From NCBI GenBank assembly GCA_946413265.1, contig CAMKJU010000011.1, positions 340-64,339 of the forward strand: 64,000 nucleotides of DNA. Reading direction: 5' to 3'. A program made the translations under genes and the position numbers. Source of the DNA: an uncultured Lentisphaerota bacterium. Its GTDB lineage: Bacteria; Verrucomicrobiota; Kiritimatiellia; RFP12; UBA1067. Below are positions 35,388 to 43,664 of this stretch, piece by piece (the stretch's first letter is position 1; each line of letters begins with the position of its first letter). The notes under the pieces were generated by a model that was not told the origin of the DNA, searched no databases, and saw nothing but the letters and a program-made list of their open reading frames with translations.

Positions 35388-35416
35388 TTGCGCACGCGTA
35401 AAGATTAGGGTATAAT
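35388..35416 (+). promoter_or_regulatory. sigma-70-like promoter (TTGCGC-N17-TATAAT)
   Basis: ttgcgc at 35388-35393, a 17-nt spacer, then tataat at 35411-35416. It lies 34 nt upstream of the ATG at 35451, with an aaaaggaagg RBS. Confidence 0.35.
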
Positions 35417-35450
35417 TTCAGCGCACACGGTAAAAAGGAAGGATACGAAA

Positions 35451-36905
35451 ATGGCCACTACAAGAAGAGAATTCTGCCGACGCTCCGCCGTCGGACTTGC
35501 TGGAATCATAACCGCAGGCGCGGCGCCCGTCTTCGTGCCCGCGAGCGTGTTGGGCGCAACGGCGCCGTCGAAGAAAATTGCGCTCGGCGTAATCGGGTGC
35601 GGGCGCATTGCGCACACCTACAACGTACCGTCGTGCCTCGCGAACGGCGGGAAGGCGCACTGCGATTTCATCGCGCTCTCGGATGTCGATCCTGACCGCC
35701 TCCTGAGCCTGCGCAAGAAGCTCGCGGGGAAGAAGATGCAGGGACGCGACCTCGTGGCGGATTCACGCTGCTACGCCGACTACCGCAAGCTGCTTGCCGA
35801 TCCCGCGATTGACGGCGTCTTGATCGCTACGCCCGACTTCTGGCATGCGCAGATGGCGGTCGAGGCATGCCGCGCAGGGAAGGACGTGTTCCTCCAGAAG
35901 CCGATGGCGCTGACGATAGGCGAAGGACGCGCCATCGTCGATGCTGCGAAGAAGTACAACCGTATCCTGCGCACGGGTACGCAGCAGCGCACAGAGGAGA
36001 ACTTCATCCATGCCGTCGAATGTGCGCGCGAAGGGCGCATCGGCAAGGTGGTGCGCGTGGAGGTGGGCGTTCCGGACGACCCGAAGGAATACAAGCTTCC
36101 CCTTGAGGAGCCGGTCCCCGCCGGCTTCGACTGGAACATGTGGCTGGGTTCCACGCCCGATGCGCCGTACTCGCAGCTGCGCAGCCACCAGCGCGGGAAG
36201 GGCGGCAAGGTGAACTTCGCGCGTCCAAGCTGGATGACGATCCAGGCTTACACCATGGGCATGGTCGCGAACTGGGGCGCGCACCACATGGATACCGCGA
36301 TCCGCGGCCTTGGCGAGGAGCTGGGCGGCCCCGTCTCGGTCGAGGGCACGTGCGTGTATCCGAAGCGCAGACTGTGGGATGTCCACGGCGACTGCGACAT
36401 CACGTGGCGCTACGCCTCCGGCGCGGAGATCAAGATGGCTTCCACGCGCAAGTATCCGTGCGGCGTGCGTTTCGTCGGCGAGAAGGGCGACTGGATCTTC
36501 TGCGGATTTGCGGGGAAGCAGACGAAGAGCGACCCCGTGGGCGTGTCGGCGGACAAGGTCGCAGGAATGCCGATCGCCGCAAGCCGCAAGGGCATTATCG
36601 AGGATCCGGCGTCCAAGCCGCTTCCGCGGCCGATGGAGCACAACCGCGAGTGGGTGGAGGAAATGCGCACGCGCGGCCCGCTCGCCATGCCGCTTGAGGA
36701 GGCGCAGAGGACGTCCGTTGCCTGCGTGCTCGGCTACATGGCGATGAAGCTCGGGCGCAAGCTCAAGTGGGATGCGAAGGGCGAGCGCTTCATCGACGAC
36801 GCGGAGGCGAACGGGATGATGTTCCGTCCGGCGCGTCCCGGCTTCGGCGTGCAGCAGTACCTGAAGGATCTATCAATAAACATGCGTCAATCGTCGAGAG
36901 GTTAG
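35451..36905 (+). CDS. Gfo/Idh/MocA family oxidoreductase with twin-arginine signal
   Basis: 484 aa. Tat-type N-terminus MATTRREFCRRSAVGLAGIITAGAAP. Rossmann motif IALGVIGCGRIA. LIATPDFWHAQMAVEACRAGKDVFLQKPM. Confidence 0.85.
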   Translation: MATTRREFCRRSAVGLAGIITAGAAPVFVPASVLGATAPSKKIALGVIGCGRIAHTYNVPSCLANGGKAHCDFIALSDVDPDRLLSLRKKLAGKKMQGRDLVADSRCYADYRKLLADPAIDGVLIATPDFWHAQMAVEACRAGKDVFLQKPMALTIGEGRAIVDAAKKYNRILRTGTQQRTEENFIHAVECAREGRIGKVVRVEVGVPDDPKEYKLPLEEPVPAGFDWNMWLGSTPDAPYSQLRSHQRGKGGKVNFARPSWMTIQAYTMGMVANWGAHHMDTAIRGLGEELGGPVSVEGTCVYPKRRLWDVHGDCDITWRYASGAEIKMASTRKYPCGVRFVGEKGDWIFCGFAGKQTKSDPVGVSADKVAGMPIAASRKGIIEDPASKPLPRPMEHNREWVEEMRTRGPLAMPLEEAQRTSVACVLGYMAMKLGRKLKWDAKGERFIDDAEANGMMFRPARPGFGVQQYLKDLSINMRQSSRG

Positions 36906-36932
36906 GAAACTATTGTGCGGCTGAATCGGATG

Positions 36933-36941
36933 TGCTATAAT
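36933..36941 (+). promoter_or_regulatory. extended -10 element TGcTATAAT placed 6 nt before the ATG (possible leaderless transcript)
   Basis: tgctataat-ggccgc-ATG(36948). Confidence 0.3.
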
Positions 36942-36947
36942 GGCCGC

Positions 36948-38408
36948 ATGAAAACGAAAAAACTCATCGCTGTTGCGGCACTACTTGCCGCAGGAACCGT
37001 ATTTGGCGCAATCCGCGCCGTCACGCCGACCGCCTGGAACGGAAAGCCAGACTGCTGGCAGCTGAAGCGCCACGCCGAGAAGATGGCGTCCGTGAAGAGC
37101 GGAGGCGCGAAGGTCGTGTTCATCGGCGACTCCATAACCCACTTCTGGGAGAGCAAGGGCAAGGCCCAACAGAAGAAGTACTTCTCCGAGGGCGACTGGA
37201 AGATGCTCGACCTCGGAACGAGCGGAGACCGCACGGAACACGTGCTGTGGCGTCTCGACCACGGCGAACTCGACGGCTACGAGGCGAAGTGCGTGCTCCT
37301 CATGATCGGCACGAACAACTCCGGACACTTCAAGAAATTCGCCGACGAGACGCCGATGGACACCATCCTCGGCATCCGCGACATCCTGAAGAAGATCCGC
37401 GCGAAGCAGCCGAAGGCCAAGGTCGTGCTTACGGCGATCTTCCCGCGCGGCGCGAACGAGAACGACCCGTACCGTCTCCGCAACGACGCGGTGAACCGCG
37501 AAATCCGCAGGTACTGCGACGGCAAGGACGTGTTTTGGTGCGACTTCTCGGACCGCTTCCTCGACAAGAACGGCGACACGAAGTGGGTGATGCCCGACCG
37601 CCTCCATCCCGGCGCGCAGGGCTACGAAATCTGGTACGAGGAGGTGAAGCCCTACATCGAGTACGCGCTTTCGGACGGCAAGAAGCCGCTTCCGAAGAAC
37701 CGCTACTCCAAGGTGAAGACCGCGTTGGAGAAGGCGACGGCGTCCCAGCCTGCCACCGCCGTTCCCGCCACGCGCATCGCGATGAAACACAGGAGAGGCG
37801 ACTGGTGGGCGGATCGCATGCTCCAGAAGCGCAACCAGATCGTCAACTCCAAGGGCGAGATTGACCTCGTGTTCTTCGGCGACTCCATCACGCACGGCTG
37901 GGAAGGGGGCGGCAAGGCCAAACTCGACGAACTCTCCAAGACGTATTCAATTCTCAACATCGGCTACAGCGGCGACCAGACGCAGCACCTCGTGTGGCGC
38001 GGACTCAACGGCGAGCTCGACGGCTACAAGGCGAAATGCATCATGCTGATGATTGGCACGAACAACGCGCGCAGCAGCAAGCCCGAAGACGTCGCCAAGG
38101 GCATCCGCCGCATACTGGACATAATCGCCGAGAAGCAGCCGCAGGCGAAAACGCTCCTTTTGCCGATCTTCATGCGCGGCGAGGGCCCGGGTAACAAACT
38201 GCGCTGCAACAACGAGGCAGTCAACGCCATCATCAAGGGATATGCCGACGGCGACAAGGTGATCTGGGTCGACTTCAACGCCAAGTGGCTCGACAAGAGC
38301 GGCGATACGAAGTGGATCATGCCTGACCGCCTCCATCCGAACGCTGCCGGGTACAAGATCTGGACGGATGCCGTCCTCCCGTATTTCAAGACGATCTGCG
38401 GGAAGTAA
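36948..38408 (+). CDS. secreted tandem SGNH/GDSL-type esterase (two hydrolase domains)
   Basis: 486 aa with signal peptide MKTKKLIAVAALLAAGTVFG. There are two GDS blocks (VVFIGDSITHFWE, LVFFGDSITHGWE). Each is followed by LMIGTNN and DRLHP motifs. It is a paralogue of 61255-62727. Confidence 0.8.
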   Translation: MKTKKLIAVAALLAAGTVFGAIRAVTPTAWNGKPDCWQLKRHAEKMASVKSGGAKVVFIGDSITHFWESKGKAQQKKYFSEGDWKMLDLGTSGDRTEHVLWRLDHGELDGYEAKCVLLMIGTNNSGHFKKFADETPMDTILGIRDILKKIRAKQPKAKVVLTAIFPRGANENDPYRLRNDAVNREIRRYCDGKDVFWCDFSDRFLDKNGDTKWVMPDRLHPGAQGYEIWYEEVKPYIEYALSDGKKPLPKNRYSKVKTALEKATASQPATAVPATRIAMKHRRGDWWADRMLQKRNQIVNSKGEIDLVFFGDSITHGWEGGGKAKLDELSKTYSILNIGYSGDQTQHLVWRGLNGELDGYKAKCIMLMIGTNNARSSKPEDVAKGIRRILDIIAEKQPQAKTLLLPIFMRGEGPGNKLRCNNEAVNAIIKGYADGDKVIWVDFNAKWLDKSGDTKWIMPDRLHPNAAGYKIWTDAVLPYFKTICGK

Positions 38409-38421
38409 GCGGTATTGATAA

Positions 38422-39651
38422 GTGCGTGAACGCCTTGTGAGACAGCCTTTTGGATTGCTCCTTCTTCTGTGGACGGTCCTGTCTGCAGAAGGTGGAAGCC
38501 TGCCTTTTGAAGGGTTGGACGACCTGCGCGGCCCATACGAGGGAACCGGGGTGTCAGGCGAGGCGTTGCACGTGCAGCCGCTGGGCGACGCCGGACAGTG
38601 GCGGATTTGCGCGTACTGGTCGTCGGCGCGGACTGAAAGTTCGCCGTGGCTTGGTTTCGGCTGGAGCATCCCCGCGCTCGAATCGCGGTTTATTCCGCTT
38701 GACGAGCGGCGGTGGGCCTTCCACCAGCCCGATGGCTACGTGCGCATTTTCGTGCGGACCGGTCACGCTGACGGCGTCCTGCACTTGAGCGGCGGTTCGG
38801 CCTGGACTGCGGAATGCAGGGGCGAGTCGATCCGCGTGACGGCCGATCCGAAGGACGGCGGTCCGGTGTCGAGGTTCGTCTTCCGGCAGGGACGGCTCGT
38901 GCGGATGTCGTGCGAAGAAGGCGACTTCGAGATCAAATACGCGGGCCGCACGGCCGACCGCATCCTTTCGCGCGGGAGGACGCTGCTGGAGGTGGTGCGG
39001 ACGAAAGTTCCAGATGAAGGCATAGTCTTCAAGTTCAACGGCGGTCGCTCGCAGGTCGTCGCCACCTGTCTCCCTGCGACAGTATTTCTCGCGTATCGCG
39101 ATTCAGCGCCGGAGGCGGTCCAGAAGAAATGCCTCGCAAGTCTCCAGACAACGGGCGGCGTCATTCCATTCACATACGGCGGCGAGTACGACGAGGCGTT
39201 CTTCACGGCTGGCGGAACGCGCTGGACGTGGAATACGCGCACGCGGAAGATCCTCTCGTGCGGTGACTGGACCTACGCAATCCACGTGCCAAAACACGAG
39301 GGCGAGGGACTTCTTTTCAGACGGCGTCGTCGTTCTGATGCTGTAGCAGAATCGTACCGGTATAGCCGGAAGACGGGGATGCTCGTCCAGGTGTTTACAA
39401 ATGGAACGAGACGCGCGAGCCAGGTCTTCACCTCGGGACCTCTTGCGTACCGACGGGTGCGCTGGATGGAGGTGACCAAACGCGACGGCGACAGTGCCCG
39501 TGCCGACTACACGTACGACGAGGCCGGGCGCGTCGTCTACCGGCGGTTCACACGAGAAGGCAAGAAGAGCAAAAAGGACGAGGTGTGGCTGGATCAAACC
39601 GGCAGGATTGTCCGATGGCGCGTGAACGGCGAAGAGGTGCCGGTGGAATGA
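38422..39651 (+). CDS. secreted hypothetical protein with degenerate YD/RHS-like repeats
   Basis: 409 aa, GTG start, with signal-like N-terminus LLLLLWTVLSAEG. Motifs RFVFRQGRLVRM, ADYTYDEAGRVVYRR and LDQTGRIVRWR resemble YD repeats. Its stop overlaps the start of the next gene. Confidence 0.45.
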   Translation: MRERLVRQPFGLLLLLWTVLSAEGGSLPFEGLDDLRGPYEGTGVSGEALHVQPLGDAGQWRICAYWSSARTESSPWLGFGWSIPALESRFIPLDERRWAFHQPDGYVRIFVRTGHADGVLHLSGGSAWTAECRGESIRVTADPKDGGPVSRFVFRQGRLVRMSCEEGDFEIKYAGRTADRILSRGRTLLEVVRTKVPDEGIVFKFNGGRSQVVATCLPATVFLAYRDSAPEAVQKKCLASLQTTGGVIPFTYGGEYDEAFFTAGGTRWTWNTRTRKILSCGDWTYAIHVPKHEGEGLLFRRRRRSDAVAESYRYSRKTGMLVQVFTNGTRRASQVFTSGPLAYRRVRWMEVTKRDGDSARADYTYDEAGRVVYRRFTREGKKSKKDEVWLDQTGRIVRWRVNGEEVPVE

Positions 39652-41183
39652 ATGCCTATCATCTTTTCCGTGAAAAAGACGCCTACTTCGTCTACCACCT
39701 GGACGCGGGGCGGTTCATCCGTGTGAGTCCGGCGGCCTACGAGCTGCTGGAACTGCGCGGGACGATGTCCGCAGCCGACGCGGAGGCCGCCTTCCGCGCG
39801 CGCCATCCCGACGCGGCGGACGTGCTGGAGGACATTGCAGCACTTGAGGCGGAGGGCTTTTTCGAACCGGTGGATGCGCCGGTCAAGGACGACGACGAAT
39901 TCGAGGCCGAACTGAACGAGCGTTTTTCCAGTCCCTGCAATACGCTTGTGCTTTCCGTGGCGTCTGGTTGCAATCTTGCCTGCCGCTATTGCTACTGCGG
40001 CGTCTGCCGCGACGAGTTGCCGAACAAGGGGCTGATGTCGGAGGCGACGGCCTTGCAGGCGGTGGAGCGGCTGTTTGCCGCCGCCGATCCGAAGACGGGC
40101 GTGCGCGTGACGTTCTTCGGAGGTGAGCCGTTGCTGAACAAGCCGGTGATCAAGAAGGTTGTGGCGCGCTGTAACGAACTGGCCGCCGCTCGCGGAAAGA
40201 GCGTCGGCTATTCCATCACGACGAACGCGACGCTGATGGACGACGAGACCGCCGACCTGATCGTGAAGAACAACTTCGGGCTGATGGCGAGTCTGGACGG
40301 ACCCCAGCCGATGCACGACGGACAGTGTCCGACGCGCGACGGACGCGGCTCCTTCGCGGCGGCTGCAGCTGGCATTCGTCCGCTGCTCTCGCGCGGAGCG
40401 CGCGTGACGGTGCGGTGTACGATGGCGCATCCCGCGCCCAACGCATTGGAGCTTATCCGCTTTTTCGCCGAGTTCGGCGCTTCGCGCGTGGTTCTGGGAC
40501 CCGTGTACAACCCCGTGTTCCCTAGCCCATGCGACTTCACGGAGGAGGACGACCGTGCGTTCCGACGCTGCGTGGAAGACGAGGTGCTCCCGTGGATGAT
40601 CGCTGAAAAGAAGGCCGGGCGCGAGCCGATTTACGATCCGTTCGAGGAGATCGGAGAGTTCCAAGGGGAAAAGGCGCATCCTGCGAAAGTGCCGGGGCTG
40701 CGATGCGGCGCGTGCCACGGTGCGATGGCCGTCGCGCAGGACGGTACGCTCTATCCGTGCCATCGTTTCGTCGGCATGGAGAAGTGGGCGCTGGGGCGGC
40801 TGGCGGATGGTCCTGATCCCGACCGCTTCAAGGTGTTTTGGCTTTCTTGTTGCTGCCGCTGCTGGCGCTCGCCGTGCGCGCCCGGCGCGAATGGGTCCGT
40901 TGGTGCGCCGGCCTGGCGTTGGTGCTTGTGGGGTACGGACTGGTGCGGACTTTCTCCCGGGGCGGGCTGGTGGCTTTTCTGCTGGGTGCGCTCGTTTTGC
41001 TGGCGGGTCTGCGCAAGTCGCTTGTCGTCGGGCGGTGTTGGTTGCCGGTGTTGCTCGCGGCGTGTACGCTCGTCGGCGCGGTTGTGTGGACGGGTTTTGC
41101 AGGACGGATCGCCGACAGCTCGCCAACGGCGGACGCCTCTGTGGGCAACCGTCTTGCGATCTGGCGGAACGTGCCGTGCATGA
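39648..41183 (+). CDS. radical SAM / SPASM peptide-maturase-like gene, apparently 3'-truncated (homology ends near 40840; the ORF then reads through out of frame into the next gene)
   Basis: CNLACRYCYC (CxxxCxxC) and FFGGEPLL. The first SPASM half is CGACHGAMAVAQDGTLYPCHRF. The expected CxxCx5Cx3C half is missing. The N-terminus FREKDAYFVYHLDAGRFIRVSPAAYELLEL resembles the substrate-recognition region of rSAM maturases. Confidence 0.6.
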   Translation: MNAYHLFREKDAYFVYHLDAGRFIRVSPAAYELLELRGTMSAADAEAAFRARHPDAADVLEDIAALEAEGFFEPVDAPVKDDDEFEAELNERFSSPCNTLVLSVASGCNLACRYCYCGVCRDELPNKGLMSEATALQAVERLFAAADPKTGVRVTFFGGEPLLNKPVIKKVVARCNELAAARGKSVGYSITTNATLMDDETADLIVKNNFGLMASLDGPQPMHDGQCPTRDGRGSFAAAAAGIRPLLSRGARVTVRCTMAHPAPNALELIRFFAEFGASRVVLGPVYNPVFPSPCDFTEEDDRAFRRCVEDEVLPWMIAEKKAGREPIYDPFEEIGEFQGEKAHPAKVPGLRCGACHGAMAVAQDGTLYPCHRFVGMEKWALGRLADGPDPDRFKVFWLSCCCRCWRSPCAPGANGSVGAPAWRWCLWGTDWCGLSPGAGWWLFCWVRSFCWRVCASRLSSGGVGCRCCSRRVRSSARLCGRVLQDGSPTARQRRTPLWATVLRSGGTCRA

Positions 41184-42094
41184 TGGTTGACTCGCCGGGC
41201 GGTTGGGGACGCGGCGCGGCGGGGGACGCCTTCATGGGCTGGTATCAGCCACTTGACAAGACCGAACGCTACCGCACGCTCGTCAACAGCCACTTCACTT
41301 GGCTCGTCGAATGGGGCTGGTGCGGACGCTTCATGCTTGTCTGGGCGTGGCTGCTGGCCTTCGGGATGGGGGGTGTCCGGTGGCGTACGCGCGGCGATCC
41401 GCTGCCGCTTGCCGTGTGGATCGCCTTCGCCACGGCGGCATTCTTCAGCTCGGTGGCTGAGGAGTGGATCGTGTGGGTGATGCCGGTGGTGGCGCTCGTG
41501 CCGGCGGTATGGACGTTTTGCACGGCGAAGGGCGCGCGGCGGGCGGTCTTTGTCGCGACGCTCATTGCAAGTGGCGTGTTGTTGAGCGCATGCGTGGTTT
41601 TCGGCGTATGCTATCGGCCGGGGGACATCCCTCGCATCGACCGGTCTCCTGATGGAACACGTTTGACAGTGGGGACGGGGCGTCCTGACGCTTGGATGGT
41701 CTGCGACGAGGCCGTGATGGGCGGTGCCGCTTTCGGACGTGTCCTTCGGGGTTTCATCAAGACGCCCGATGGGGATGTGTGCGCGTATGGTCTTGTACAC
41801 GACCTGTCGGCCGTGCCTTCGGCCGTCCGGCGGCTTTCGCTCTGCGGACGCGCCGCCGACGCGGGACCGGACTTGCTGGCGCGCTTCACGGCGCTGGAAG
41901 ACGTGCGGGTGATTTCGCCGAACCGCCCGGAGGACTGGCTTGCGGCGCGCGGGAAGAGACCGTACATCCGCGTGTTCTGTGGCGAATTCGCGCCGACCTG
42001 TCCTGCGGAGGACGCCGAGGGCCTGACGGTTGTGTTCGGCGCAGCGGACTATCTGCCGAACTGGCCGCGACTCGCCTTCGGCAATGGACCTTAA
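40838..42094 (+). CDS. O-antigen ligase (Wzy_C)-like membrane protein, N-terminally short
   Basis: 418 aa, TTG start. An in-frame TGA at 40814 blocks any upstream extension. The Wzy_C signature TFSRGGLVAFLLGALVLLAG already appears at residue about 38. The TM-rich part is followed by a soluble C-terminal domain of about 170 aa. Confidence 0.5.
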   Translation: MAFLLLPLLALAVRARREWVRWCAGLALVLVGYGLVRTFSRGGLVAFLLGALVLLAGLRKSLVVGRCWLPVLLAACTLVGAVVWTGFAGRIADSSPTADASVGNRLAIWRNVPCMMVDSPGGWGRGAAGDAFMGWYQPLDKTERYRTLVNSHFTWLVEWGWCGRFMLVWAWLLAFGMGGVRWRTRGDPLPLAVWIAFATAAFFSSVAEEWIVWVMPVVALVPAVWTFCTAKGARRAVFVATLIASGVLLSACVVFGVCYRPGDIPRIDRSPDGTRLTVGTGRPDAWMVCDEAVMGGAAFGRVLRGFIKTPDGDVCAYGLVHDLSAVPSAVRRLSLCGRAADAGPDLLARFTALEDVRVISPNRPEDWLAARGKRPYIRVFCGEFAPTCPAEDAEGLTVVFGAADYLPNWPRLAFGNGP

Positions 42095-42510
42095 CGCATG
42101 CCAAAAAATCCACCTGGCGGGGAGTGCATTGAACCCCGCAAGGGCGATGTGGTAAAAAACGGTGACTTGGAGAAAATAGCGAAAGTTGATCATGGCAATT
42201 GCCGGACCAAAGAAAGGAAAACGATGAAAACAGAACGCATGTCAGCGCGCGGATGCCTCCGAATCTGACCTCGCCGCGAAGTACTACCAGGAAGCCCTCG
42301 ACCAGCTCGCGAAGTACCGTGCCGACAAGTCGGTGCCGACGCTCGCGCGCGGCACGACGTTTACGCTTGCGCACCATGGCTGAACTTGCCGCTTTTGCAG
42401 TTTTTGCCTTGAATCCGCCGGTGATTTTTGATATTCTCCTTCGGTTTTCTTTAGGGGCCTGTGCCCTTGAAGGGAGCAAGGATGGAAAACCGTTCAAAGG
42501 AGATGCGACA

Positions 42511-42990
42511 ATGAAAACTTCAATGCACAAACTGGTGACGCTGTGTATCGCGGCCGCGATCTGCGCGGTTGCGACGTCAGCAACGGCGGCAGTGGGCAAC
42601 CTCGAAAGCTACCACTTGCGGCACGACTTCTCGACCGGATCGCGCGTGTTTATCGGCGGCCCGAACTGCCCGACGGACTTCATAGCCGACACTTCGACGG
42701 ACAGCATGGCGGTCATAGGGCCGAACGGCCCCGACAGTGCCATGCATATTGGTAATTGTGCCGGCCAGTTGGCCATAAATGGTGTTCAGGTCAACAGCAA
42801 CGATTCCTCCAGTACAAAGACACCGGATCTCGCCTTGAACACGAACGTCTGGACGCTCACGATGTCGTTCAGACCAGGTAGCGTCGAAAAGGGCATGCTG
42901 TTTTCAATTGGACGCTTGAACGGCGGTAAAAGCAGCGGTCGCATCGCCATCACGGTCTGCTCTTCATTCGACCCAAGCAAGCCGACGTGA
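42511..42990 (+). pseudogene. 5' fragment of a secreted LamG/jelly-roll-like protein gene
   Basis: Signal peptide MKTSMHKLVTLCIAAAICAVATSATA. WTLTMSFRPGSVEKGMLFSIGRL. It stops after 159 codons, exactly where another frame opens. Confidence 0.35.
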
Positions 42991-43493
42991 CGCCGGAGGA
43001 GCGCCGGCGCGTGTACGAGTGGATCGACGCGATGGTGCCGTACTATTCCACCACCGACTGCGCCCACCTCAATGCGCGTGGCAAGCGCGACCGCTGGGGC
43101 GAGCCGGACTCCGACAAACTCGCCCCGTGGGCGGTTGCGTATGCGCGCACGTTCGCGCGTTCGTGCGCGTCGTGCCACGGCGCGTTCAAGCCGGACCAAG
43201 TCAGCAAGTACGGAGACAGGCGCTGGGAGTGGGTGGACCTCACGCGACCCGACGCGAGTCCCGCGCTCGTCGCGCACCTCCCGAAATCCGCAGGCGGAAG
43301 GGGCCTTCCGGCCAAAGGCAAGTTCTCTTTCTCAGGGCGCGACGATCCGCTTTGGAAGAAACTGCGTGAGCAGTTCCGTGCGGGCGCGGCGTTTGCCGCG
43401 CAGACGCCGGAGCCGGACGAGGCGGGATTCCTGCCCCGCTCCCATGGCCGTCTTGAATACGAGACGCTGCTCAAGTCCCGCGCACAACCTTGA
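42987..43493 (+). pseudogene. 3' fragment of a larger gene (C-terminal domain with CxxCH motif)
   Basis: TPEERRRVYEWIDAMVPYYSTT and SCASCHG (CxxCH). It has no signal peptide or proper N-terminus. A GTG at 42987 overlaps the preceding stop. Confidence 0.35.
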
Positions 43494-43664
43494 CGGCGAA
43501 ATGCAAAAACGAGCATAATACACGCCGTTGTCTTGACACGGAGCGCCAAAATATGAGATAATACCTGCGTTTCGTAAATCCGTTTACTCAATTGCAGCGA
43601 AACTTAGTAAATGCAATTACTAAAATAGGCCGTGAAAGAGTATCTGTGATTATGAGGAGCAAGT

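Noticed and set aside
39594..42193. 510-aa and 480-aa - strand ORFs
   Set aside because: They are antisense to the rSAM and O-antigen-ligase-like genes. Their translations are extremely Arg/Pro/Ala-rich and carry no motifs.
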